From Clostridia bacterium (GTDB taxonomy: Bacteria > Bacillota > Clostridia > Oscillospirales > RGIG8002), in contig JAFRVI010000004.1 of assembly GCA_017438525.1 (NCBI GenBank), forward strand, positions 79,281 through 143,280: a stretch of 64,000 nt of DNA. The letters run 5' to 3'. A program made the translations under genes and the position numbers. This document shows positions 18,269-26,144 of the stretch, in pieces. The notes below the pieces were generated by a model, which was not told where the DNA came from, searched no databases, and saw only the letters and a list, made by a program, of their open reading frames with translations. Position 1 is the first letter of the stretch, and every line of letters starts with the position of its first letter.

Positions 18269-19291
18269 CTATTTTTTCGAAAAAGCGTACACGGTTTCGG
18301 ATTTCCACTCCTCGCCGCTCTTTAACACGGCGGACGGGAACTGCGGTTTATTCGGCGCGTCCGGAAATCCCTGGGTTTCAAGGCAGAACGCCTGACGGCG
18401 GAAATACGGCGCTCCGCTCTTCCCCGTTCCCTCGCTTTCGCCGAGGAAATTCGAGGTGTAAAGCTGCATCCCGGGACGATCCGTGCGGCACTCCATGCAT
18501 ATGCCGCTCTTTTCGGAAAAGGCGCACGCGGCAGCGCGCATGCCCTCCCCGTCGATAACGAAGTTGTGGTCGAAGCCCGCGCCGATTCGGATTTGCGGAT
18601 CGTCCGCGTCTATTCCGTCGCCGATCCTCTTGAATTCTCTGAAATCAAACGGCGTGCCTTCAACGTTCATAAAGCTGCCGTCCGGGACGCACAGATCGTT
18701 CAACGGCGTTATTTCGGACGCGTTGATTTTAAGATACTGACCGAGCGCGTCGCCTTCGCCGTCGAGATTGAAATAACTGTGATTCGTCAGACTTATGACG
18801 GTGTCTTTATCGGAAACGGCGGAGTATTTAATGCGCAGCCCGCCGCCGGAAAGCGTGAAAGCGACCGAAACGCGCAGCTCTCCGGGGTATCCCATATCCC
18901 CGTCCGGCGAAACGTGCGTAAAAATCACCGCCGGCTCAACGCCGTCCGTCGCTTCATAACTCCATATCGCTCTGTCGAATCCGACATCGCCGCCGTGCAG
19001 ATGCACCTTTCCGGAGTTTCTGCCGACGTCGTATTCAACGCCGTTCAGCGTGAATCTGCCGGCATCTATGCGGTTGGCGAAACGGCCCACGGTCGCCCCC
19101 TGATACGCGGTGCATTTTTCATATCCCGCGGCGTCGTCATAACCGAGCACAACGTCGACGCCGCCGAAAACGACAGACTGAACGCGCGCGCCGTAATCGA
19201 GCAGCGTTACGTTCAGAATTCCGTTGTCGAGCGTAATCGCCGTGACGTTCACGCCGTCGCTGAGTTTTCCGAAATCTCTTACATTTATCAT
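18269..19291 (-). CDS. galM: Aldose 1-epimerase (galactose mutarotase)
   Basis: GATVGRFANRI, HLHGG and the downstream F.LETQ..PD motifs of the mutarotase family. Size is 340 aa. Confidence 0.9.
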   Translation of the reverse strand: MINVRDFGKLSDGVNVTAITLDNGILNVTLLDYGARVQSVVFGGVDVVLGYDDAAGYEKCTAYQGATVGRFANRIDAGRFTLNGVEYDVGRNSGKVHLHGGDVGFDRAIWSYEATDGVEPAVIFTHVSPDGDMGYPGELRVSVAFTLSGGGLRIKYSAVSDKDTVISLTNHSYFNLDGEGDALGQYLKINASEITPLNDLCVPDGSFMNVEGTPFDFREFKRIGDGIDADDPQIRIGAGFDHNFVIDGEGMRAAACAFSEKSGICMECRTDRPGMQLYTSNFLGESEGTGKSGAPYFRRQAFCLETQGFPDAPNKPQFPSAVLKSGEEWKSETVYAFSKK

Positions 19292-19379
19292 ATCGCATCT
19301 CCGTGATCGTATTATAATGATATGTTACATTAAAACCGCGCTCGTTTCAAGTGTTTTTTGATACTTGCGGCGATAATTC

Positions 19380-19408
19380 TTGATGTTAAGTCAAAAACGT
19401 GGTATAAT
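19380..19408 (+). promoter_or_regulatory. SigmaA-type promoter for the CDF transporter gene
   Basis: TTGATG (19380-19385), a 17-nt spacer, then TGgTATAAT (-10 at 19403-19408). It sits 22 nt upstream of the ATG, which is preceded by GGAGG. Confidence 0.5.
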
Positions 19409-19429
19409 CGCTTTTACGGAGGCGAAAGT

Positions 19430-20599
19430 ATGACTGCATTACTTTCCAGATTATTCATTAAAGACAGAAAAAACGTGACTTCCCCGAATGTCAGAGGAGC
19501 ATACGGCATGCTTTTCGGCGCGGTCGGGATATTTCTCAATATAATCCTTTTCGGATTCAAGCTCGCCGCGGGAATGATAAGCGGATCTATCGCGATAACG
19601 GCGGACGCGCTGAATAATATAGCGGACAGCGGCTCTTCGGCGGTAACCCTTATCGGATTCAAGCTCGCCGGCAAGAAGCCCGACCCGACCCATCCTTTCG
19701 GCCACGGAAGAATAGAGTATATCTCCGGCCTCATAGTCGCGATGGCGATACTGCTGATGGGATTCGAGCTCGGCATCTCGTCGGTGCAGAAGATATTCAA
19801 CCCCACCGCAATCGATTTCAGCGCGATGATCGTCGTCATCCTCGCCGTTTCCGTCGCCGTCAAGTTCGGAATGTTCCTCGACGGTCTTCATATCGCCAAG
19901 CTGATCGACTCCCCCGCTATCAGGGCTACCGCAAAAGACAGCATCAGCGACGCTGTAACGACTACCGTCGTCCTGATCAGTACGATCCTTTCGCGCTTCA
20001 CGGACTTCAACGCGGACGCCTGGGGCGGCTGCATAGTCGCGCTGTTCATCCTCTATTCCGGATTCGGCGCCGCGAAGGATACTATTAGTCCGCTGCTGGG
20101 ACAAAAGCCGGACGAAGAGTTCGTTAAGCGCATAAACGAAATCGTTTCATCAAATCCCGCCGTCCTCGGCGTCCACGACCTTATCGTTCACGACTACGGT
20201 CCCGGCCGGCTTATCGTTTCTCTTCACGCCGAAGTATCCGCCTCCGCGGATATGCTCGAAACGCACGACCACATCGACAACATCGAGCGTGAGCTCGCGG
20301 AAAAACTCGGCTGCCACGCGGTGATCCATATGGATCCGATAGTGACGGAAGACGAAACCGTCGCGGTAACGCGCGAGAAGGTCGCGGCGCTCCTGAAAGA
20401 GCATATAGACGAGCGCCTGACTCTCCACGATTTCCGCATGGTCGTCGGCCCGACGCACACAAATCTGATTTTTGACGTCGTCGTGCCGTTCGACATCAAG
20501 ACCGGCGACGGAGAACTCGAGCGCGAGATCGGCGTTTTGGTAAAAACGCTCGACGAAAACTACTTCGCCGTCGTTGATTTCGACAGAGCGTATGCGTGA
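19430..20599 (+). CDS. Cation diffusion facilitator (CDF) family metal efflux transporter
   Basis: Six TM helices with ...ADALNNIADS... and HPFGHGR.EY motifs, plus a C-terminal cytoplasmic domain (HDL.VHDYGPG). ATG 19430 has a GGAGG RBS. The ORF-track start at 19358 lies upstream of the promoter. Confidence 0.9.
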   Translation: MTALLSRLFIKDRKNVTSPNVRGAYGMLFGAVGIFLNIILFGFKLAAGMISGSIAITADALNNIADSGSSAVTLIGFKLAGKKPDPTHPFGHGRIEYISGLIVAMAILLMGFELGISSVQKIFNPTAIDFSAMIVVILAVSVAVKFGMFLDGLHIAKLIDSPAIRATAKDSISDAVTTTVVLISTILSRFTDFNADAWGGCIVALFILYSGFGAAKDTISPLLGQKPDEEFVKRINEIVSSNPAVLGVHDLIVHDYGPGRLIVSLHAEVSASADMLETHDHIDNIERELAEKLGCHAVIHMDPIVTEDETVAVTREKVAALLKEHIDERLTLHDFRMVVGPTHTNLIFDVVVPFDIKTGDGELEREIGVLVKTLDENYFAVVDFDRAYA

Positions 20600-20606
20600 G
20601 GCGGAT

Positions 20607-20795
20607 ATGGAGGATAAAGCAAAACGCATCGCCGGGCGCTTCACCGCCATCGCCCGCGAAGGCGGTATCGAAAAAGCGGTAGAATATTACGAGCGTGAAG
20701 CGGTATTCGACGATATAGAAATTCCGGCGCGGACCGAATCACGCGAGCGTTGCACTCCGCCGATGAACGAACTGTACAAAGGTATAAAAGACTGA
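20607..20795 (+). CDS. Small hypothetical protein (62 aa)
   Basis: The ORF follows the CDF gene with a GAGGCGG RBS-like sequence before ATG 20607. No recognisable motif is present. It is supported only by position and the downstream terminator. Confidence 0.3.
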   Translation: MEDKAKRIAGRFTAIAREGGIEKAVEYYEREAVFDDIEIPARTESRERCTPPMNELYKGIKD

Positions 20796-20810
20796 ATATA
20801 TAAAGAAAAG

Positions 20811-20844
20811 AAAACGCCCGAAGGGATCATCCTTCGGGCGTTTG
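20811..20844. terminator. Bidirectional rho-independent terminator closing the 31-kb minus-strand block
   Basis: Perfect 10-bp stem CGCCCGAAGG (20815-20824) / CCTTCGGGCG (20831-20840), flanked by an A-rich run on the 5' side and TTT on the 3' side. Confidence 0.72.
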
Positions 20845-20860
20845 ATTATGTTATCGCGAA

Positions 20861-23230
20861 TTACGCAAGGCCGCACTCGAAGCGGAGCGCGATAAGCGCG
20901 TCGGCCACGTCTACCCTGCCGTCGCCGTTCAGGTCGCCGTTTTCAACGGCTGCGAGTCCCGCAGCCGCGCGGAGTATTCCCAGCGCGGAAGGCAAGGCGG
21001 CCTTCGCCGACTTCGCGCTCGCGCTTGAAAGAAGATCGACGCCCTCGATACGGATAACCGCACCGATTGAAGCGTTAATGAACTCCAGCTTGAGTTGAGT
21101 TATTTCTCCTTCCGGAATCGCGAAGCAATACTCGCCGCTCGTTATCAGCGCGCGTTCAACCGTCACGGAGCTGTCTCCGCCGGCGGTAGTGAAGGTCGTC
21201 TTTACGGCAAAGTCGCCCGCGGTGAAATCCGGATATATCGATGCGAGTCTGAAACATATCGCGCCGTAAGTACCGGCGATTTCAGGCAGGTTATCAAACG
21301 TAACCGACGCATCGGCGGAACCGCAGTAGACGTCAAGAACTCCATCGTTCAACGCTACGGCCGCGGAAGAAACGCCGAAAGAGTCCGCGTTGGCCGCAAC
21401 AAGACCGAATTCTTCAGCGGACAGAGGTATACGCACGAGCGAGTCTATCTTACTAAGCAGGTCAAGTTTCGCGGTATATCTGTCGGCCCTTGTAACAGCC
21501 GCCTTGAAAGTTTCAAACGACGTTTCAAACGCCGAGAAGCTTGCGGCGGTGTACTCATAGGCGTCCTTGCCGGAAGCGAGCCCGAGGACCTCGTAATAAT
21601 TCATTCCCTCATCAACTTTATAAGCATGTATGAAGTCAAGCTTGATCGTGGATTTCGCAGTGCATCCTTCCGTTGAGAACTTGAAAGTATCCAGGCCGAC
21701 CGCGTTCTCTGCTGTTATCGCGGGTTCAAAATCCGAATACGGAAGAAGGATTTCGCCGTATTCGTTCTTCATATCCTCCGTGACGGTGATCGAAGCGGAG
21801 AAATCGGTTCCCTTGCCGACGGTAAGCTCGAAGGAGTTGTCGCCGAGGCCCGATCCGATGAGCACAAATCCGTCGTAAGCGGAAAGATCGGCGCTGCCGC
21901 CGTTCTTAAGCTTGAACGGAGTCGCGAGAGGAGCGGTGACGGTGAGTGCGAAGCCGACCCTTGCGTTTGCCATAACGACCAGCGAGCCCTTAGAGCACAT
22001 AGCGGTTACCGCGGAGTTGTTCGCGGACGTGGTTTCAAGCGTGACGCCGGAAACGTGGCTGTTCTTCTTGATATTTGTGAACGACCAGGAAGAGAAAGAG
22101 TTCAACTCGTCAACGATATAATCGTCAGCGAAGGACATCGGAGCGGAATCAAGCGCGAAATCATGAACGCCCACAGAGGTCGCAATAAACTTAGGTACGT
22201 CCGTGCTTCTGTGTTCGCCTGTGAGCGCGGAAGCGTTCTTACCGTAGGTATAAAGCGCGGTATTCAAAGCGCTGGTGCCGTATCTCTTGAAGCATGAGTT
22301 GGTGGTGTTGCCTGAATTCGGCCTGTCGTTGAGCTTCAGCTCACCGGCTTCGGCGTCGCCGGCTACGACGAGAAGCGTATCGGGATGCTCGTCGACGTAC
22401 GCTTTGGCGAGTCCGACGACTTCGTCAAACTTAACGAGTTCTTCAACCATCTTAGTCATGTTTCTCTCAAAGCAGTACTTATCAATAAGTCCGCCTTCGG
22501 CAACGAGGAAGAATCCGTTTTCATTTTCAAGCAGTTCCGTTGCTTTTGAGAACATAGCGGAAAGCGTCGGCACCTGATATCCCGTGTCGAACGAATAGTT
22601 GCTGAACGCTCCGAGGATCTTCTTGTCAAGCGTGAGCTCGGCAAGTCTTCCGGGAGAAGTTACGTAGTTATATCCCGCGGCTTTGATTTCGGCTCTGTAA
22701 TTATCAAAGTACTTCGAGCCGCCGCCGAGGAAAAGATCGATCCCGCTGGCAATCTCCTGACGGGCTATCCCGTAGAGATCGGATTTCAGAGGATTATGCA
22801 CGGCGAAAGCGGCGGGAGTTGCATCGTTCAGGTACTTGTCGGTTATAACGCCTATCTTCTTGCCCGCTTCGCGCAGAGCTTCGGTAATAAGCCGCACCGA
22901 GTTACCCTCATGATCGATGCCGAGGTTGTAATTCAGCGTCCTCTTGCCGGTGGAAAGCGCAGTCGCGGCAGCAGCCGGATCTGCAATCGCGTTATCGGAG
23001 TTCGTCGTTTCCAGCGTGCCGGTGTAGGTCAAATCCAGCAGATTGAGCTGTCTGCCGGTCTTGATCTTAGCCGCGGTAACGTGCGCCGGACTTACGCCGC
23101 TGGCGATAAGCAGAATGACGTTCTTTGCCGTGAGGTCGGTCTGGGGCGCTTCGGCGCCGACGCCTATACCCGCAAACAGCGAAAGAACGAGCACGAGCGC
23201 AATGATGAACGATGCTGATCTTTTAAGCAT
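20861..23230 (-). CDS. Secreted alkaline-phosphatase-fold protein with degenerate active site, unassigned central region and a C-terminal single dockerin-like segment
   Basis: Signal peptide is present. The N-terminal ~330 aa are collinear with PhoA-type alkaline phosphatase (NVILLI..G, DPAAAATALSTGKRT, NDATPAAF, FFLVAEGGLIDK, LLVVAGDAE), but key catalytic residues are substituted. The C-terminus is NGDLNGDGRVDVADALIALR. A GGAGG RBS precedes the start. Confidence 0.72.
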   Translation of the reverse strand: MLKRSASFIIALVLVLSLFAGIGVGAEAPQTDLTAKNVILLIASGVSPAHVTAAKIKTGRQLNLLDLTYTGTLETTNSDNAIADPAAAATALSTGKRTLNYNLGIDHEGNSVRLITEALREAGKKIGVITDKYLNDATPAAFAVHNPLKSDLYGIARQEIASGIDLFLGGGSKYFDNYRAEIKAAGYNYVTSPGRLAELTLDKKILGAFSNYSFDTGYQVPTLSAMFSKATELLENENGFFLVAEGGLIDKYCFERNMTKMVEELVKFDEVVGLAKAYVDEHPDTLLVVAGDAEAGELKLNDRPNSGNTTNSCFKRYGTSALNTALYTYGKNASALTGEHRSTDVPKFIATSVGVHDFALDSAPMSFADDYIVDELNSFSSWSFTNIKKNSHVSGVTLETTSANNSAVTAMCSKGSLVVMANARVGFALTVTAPLATPFKLKNGGSADLSAYDGFVLIGSGLGDNSFELTVGKGTDFSASITVTEDMKNEYGEILLPYSDFEPAITAENAVGLDTFKFSTEGCTAKSTIKLDFIHAYKVDEGMNYYEVLGLASGKDAYEYTAASFSAFETSFETFKAAVTRADRYTAKLDLLSKIDSLVRIPLSAEEFGLVAANADSFGVSSAAVALNDGVLDVYCGSADASVTFDNLPEIAGTYGAICFRLASIYPDFTAGDFAVKTTFTTAGGDSSVTVERALITSGEYCFAIPEGEITQLKLEFINASIGAVIRIEGVDLLSSASAKSAKAALPSALGILRAAAGLAAVENGDLNGDGRVDVADALIALRFECGLA

Positions 23231-24083
23231 TTTCTTTTCCTCCTTGGATACTTGCTGCGTTAATTGTGTTTTTTAATAACATAACCCTCGTCATGGGGCC
23301 TACGCCGCCAGGGACGGGTGTGATACACGACGCTTTTGCGGCGCAGGAGTCGAACTCGCAATCGCCGCGGAGCTTGCCGTCGGCGCATCTGTTGATGCCA
23401 ACGTCGATAACGACTGCCCCTTCTTTCACCATATCTCCGGTCACGAATCCGGGCTTGCCGACAGCGCAGACGAGAACGTCGGCGCCGCGCGTTATCTCCG
23501 CGAGATTTTTCGTGCGCGAATGGCACACGGTAACCGTGCCGTTCGCCTGCATAAGCAGCATTGCCATCGGCTTGCCGACGATGTTGCTGCGTCCGATCAC
23601 GACGCAGTTTTTGCCTTCAACCGATATACCGGAGAGCTTTATAAGTTCCATACACCCGGCAGGAGTACACGGAACGAACGAATAGTCGCCGGTCATTATC
23701 CGGCCGACGTTGTAATACGAGAACGCGTCAACGTCCTTTTCCGGAGCTATAAGCTGAGTTATCTCCGAATCGTCGAGACCTTCGGGAAGCGGAAGCTGAA
23801 CGAGTATTCCGTGAACCGACGCGTCGTTATTCAGCGACCGTATTATACCCGCCAGCTCTTCCCTGCCGGTATCCGCGGAGAGCGTTATGCTCTGTGAAAC
23901 TATACCGACTTCTTCGCAATCACGCTTTTTATTGCGAACGTAAACCTGCGACGCGGGATCGTCCCCGACAAGGATTACCGCGAGCTTCGGATACACGCCT
24001 TCGCTCTGCAGCGCGGAAACCTGCTTCTTGATTTCCTCTTTCAGTTTTGCGGCAAGCGCCTTGCCGTCAAGAATCGTTGCCAC
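23223..24083 (-). CDS. folD: Bifunctional methylenetetrahydrofolate dehydrogenase / methenyl-THF cyclohydrolase
   Basis: ILDGKALA...LAVILVGDDPASQVYVRNK, LP.P and GRSNIVGKPMA..L motifs. GTG start at 24083 with a GGAGGA RBS. It overlaps the lgt stop by 1 nt. Confidence 0.93.
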   Translation of the reverse strand: MATILDGKALAAKLKEEIKKQVSALQSEGVYPKLAVILVGDDPASQVYVRNKKRDCEEVGIVSQSITLSADTGREELAGIIRSLNNDASVHGILVQLPLPEGLDDSEITQLIAPEKDVDAFSYYNVGRIMTGDYSFVPCTPAGCMELIKLSGISVEGKNCVVIGRSNIVGKPMAMLLMQANGTVTVCHSRTKNLAEITRGADVLVCAVGKPGFVTGDMVKEGAVVIDVGINRCADGKLRGDCEFDSCAAKASCITPVPGGVGPMTRVMLLKNTINAASIQGGKENA

Positions 24084-25006
24084 TATTCAGCGTCCTCCGT
24101 AGGTATGTCAATAATCAGACTGTCGTCATCTTCCTGAGACAGCGACTTGCCGCGTTTGCCCCGCTTGCTTTTGATTCTGAACACTATTATCAGCACAACG
24201 GCCGTTACAAAAGTCACCGCGGCGACAACCTGCGAAATGCGGATGTTCGCAAAAAGAATCAGGCTGTCCGTACGCAGACCTTCTACGAACATACGCTCAA
24301 AGCCGTACCACGCGCAGTAAGCAAGCGCGACCTCGCCGTCAAACTTCTTGAACTTTTTATAGAACAGCCAAAGCACAAGCACTCCGATGAGACACCAGAG
24401 CGACTCGTAAAGAAACGTCGGATGCACGGGCTTCGACGAATCGAGCAGTATGCCGAATCTGTCTTTGATATCCGCGGCTTCGCTGCGGATATTCTCCGCG
24501 ACGATATTGCCGGTCATGCCCCACGGCAGACCGGTGTTGACACCGAACGCCTCCTGATTGAAGAAGTTGCCCCAGCGGCCGATGCCCTGCCCTATGAGCA
24601 ACGCGGGAGCCGCTATATCGGCGAGCTTCAGGAACGGCTGCTTCTTGACGCGGCAATATACGAACGACGCGAGGACGGCGAGGATAACTCCTCCGTAGAT
24701 TGCGAGTCCGCCTTTCCAAATGTAAAGAATGCTTATCGGGTCTTTTATATACTGATCCAGACGGAACAGAACGTAATATAAACGCGCTCCGATAAGACCG
24801 AACACCATTGCGATGATTGCAAGATCGATAAATATATCGCTCTTAAATCCCTGTTTCTTACCTTGAACGAGCACGTAAACGATCGCGAGCGCAAACCCGA
24901 GCATAATGCAGAGGGCGTACCACTTGATTTCAACCGAACCGATCTTAAAAGCGGTAGGCGAAACGTTTATCGTAATTCCGAGCCCTGGAAAGCTTACATA
25001 ATCCAT
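24083..25006 (-). CDS. lgt: Prolipoprotein diacylglyceryl transferase
   Basis: GLAIYGGVI, GRWGNFFNQEAFG and the HPTFLYESLW signature of Lgt. ATG 25006 has a GGAGGAG RBS. Confidence 0.92.
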   Translation of the reverse strand: MDYVSFPGLGITINVSPTAFKIGSVEIKWYALCIMLGFALAIVYVLVQGKKQGFKSDIFIDLAIIAMVFGLIGARLYYVLFRLDQYIKDPISILYIWKGGLAIYGGVILAVLASFVYCRVKKQPFLKLADIAAPALLIGQGIGRWGNFFNQEAFGVNTGLPWGMTGNIVAENIRSEAADIKDRFGILLDSSKPVHPTFLYESLWCLIGVLVLWLFYKKFKKFDGEVALAYCAWYGFERMFVEGLRTDSLILFANIRISQVVAAVTFVTAVVLIIVFRIKSKRGKRGKSLSQEDDDSLIIDIPTEDAE

Positions 25007-25036
25007 TATAACTCCTCCGGAGAAAAATATCAACTA

Positions 25037-26107
25037 CTAAAAAGTATCAATGAGTTTCGCGACGTAGCGCATAATGATCAGTACGTCCGAAACGGTAACG
25101 ACGCCGTCAAGATCGACGTCGGCGGCTTTACGCTGATTGGCGGTCGGCTTTTTGATACCGAGCGAATAGCGGAGCGCGAGCAGCGCGTCTTCGATATCGG
25201 TCTCGCCGTCCTTGTTCGGATCGCCGAGCGTATAGGTGGGCTTCACGACAGGGAGCTTGATATCCGCAATAAGCGGCCAGTGATCCGACGCCGCTCTGAT
25301 TGCCTCATCCCTGACCTGCGCGGTATGCAGACAGGTGGCTTCAACGCTGCAGAAGATATGGTCAACGCAGCCGCTGATGGGGTTCGGATCGGCATCAAAC
25401 AGAACGTTGCTGTTAGCGATATTCTGATACGGTACCTCGTCGATCGTGGCATTCATATCGCCGGTTGAAATAAACGGGCACTTGTTTTTACTGAGCCAGC
25501 TCTGCGCCTTTTTGATCAGCTCGCCCGCCTGAATGGTTCTCTGCGGAGTATTGTCGCCGCCGGAACCTTCCCAGCCGGAATTGAGGTGAGTCGAGCTTAC
25601 CGCGAACTTTCTGCCGTCGGTCTTGCTCTCGAACAGAGCTATACACATATGGCGCATCTGTATGGCGTTGGATACCGAATACTTATAAAGCTCGGTCTTG
25701 ACGACGTTGTATTTTGTCTTATCATACAAAAGCAGAGAGCAGTTTTCATCGTCCCCCTCTCTTTCGAGATCAGGATAGATAAATTCATACTTATCGCCGA
25801 GCAGTTCGCGGATACCCTCGTGCCAAAGCTTTGAGCACTCTTGCAGACCGACTACGTCCGGTTTGTAATAATTGACAAAATCGGCGAATAACTGCGGACG
25901 TGTGCCAATATTCCACGGGCTCCAGCTGAAGTCTTCCTTTGCGACGAGCACGTTATACGAAATGATTCGTATATCCGCCCCTTCGGCCAGCTGCTCGGGA
26001 TACGTCCCGACGTAGCCGTCGGCGGAAGCGGAAATCGCCGCAGCCGCGGGAAAAGCGGTCAGCAGCAGCGTCAGCGAAAGCAATACTGCAATGATTCTTC
26101 TTTTCAT
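25037..26107 (-). CDS. Secreted EEP (endonuclease/exonuclease/phosphatase) family enzyme with C-terminal dockerin (EEP copy 1)
   Basis: Signal peptide is present. EEP motifs are IISYNVL, GLQEC, STGDMN and SDHWPL. A two-segment dockerin, DPNKDGETDIEDALLALR ... DVDLDGVVTVSDVLIIMR, lies at 25040-25228. Confidence 0.8.
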   Translation of the reverse strand: MKRRIIAVLLSLTLLLTAFPAAAAISASADGYVGTYPEQLAEGADIRIISYNVLVAKEDFSWSPWNIGTRPQLFADFVNYYKPDVVGLQECSKLWHEGIRELLGDKYEFIYPDLEREGDDENCSLLLYDKTKYNVVKTELYKYSVSNAIQMRHMCIALFESKTDGRKFAVSSTHLNSGWEGSGGDNTPQRTIQAGELIKKAQSWLSKNKCPFISTGDMNATIDEVPYQNIANSNVLFDADPNPISGCVDHIFCSVEATCLHTAQVRDEAIRAASDHWPLIADIKLPVVKPTYTLGDPNKDGETDIEDALLALRYSLGIKKPTANQRKAADVDLDGVVTVSDVLIIMRYVAKLIDTF

Positions 26108-26144
26108 AGCGATACCTCCTGAAGAAAAAGAAGATAAGTATTTA

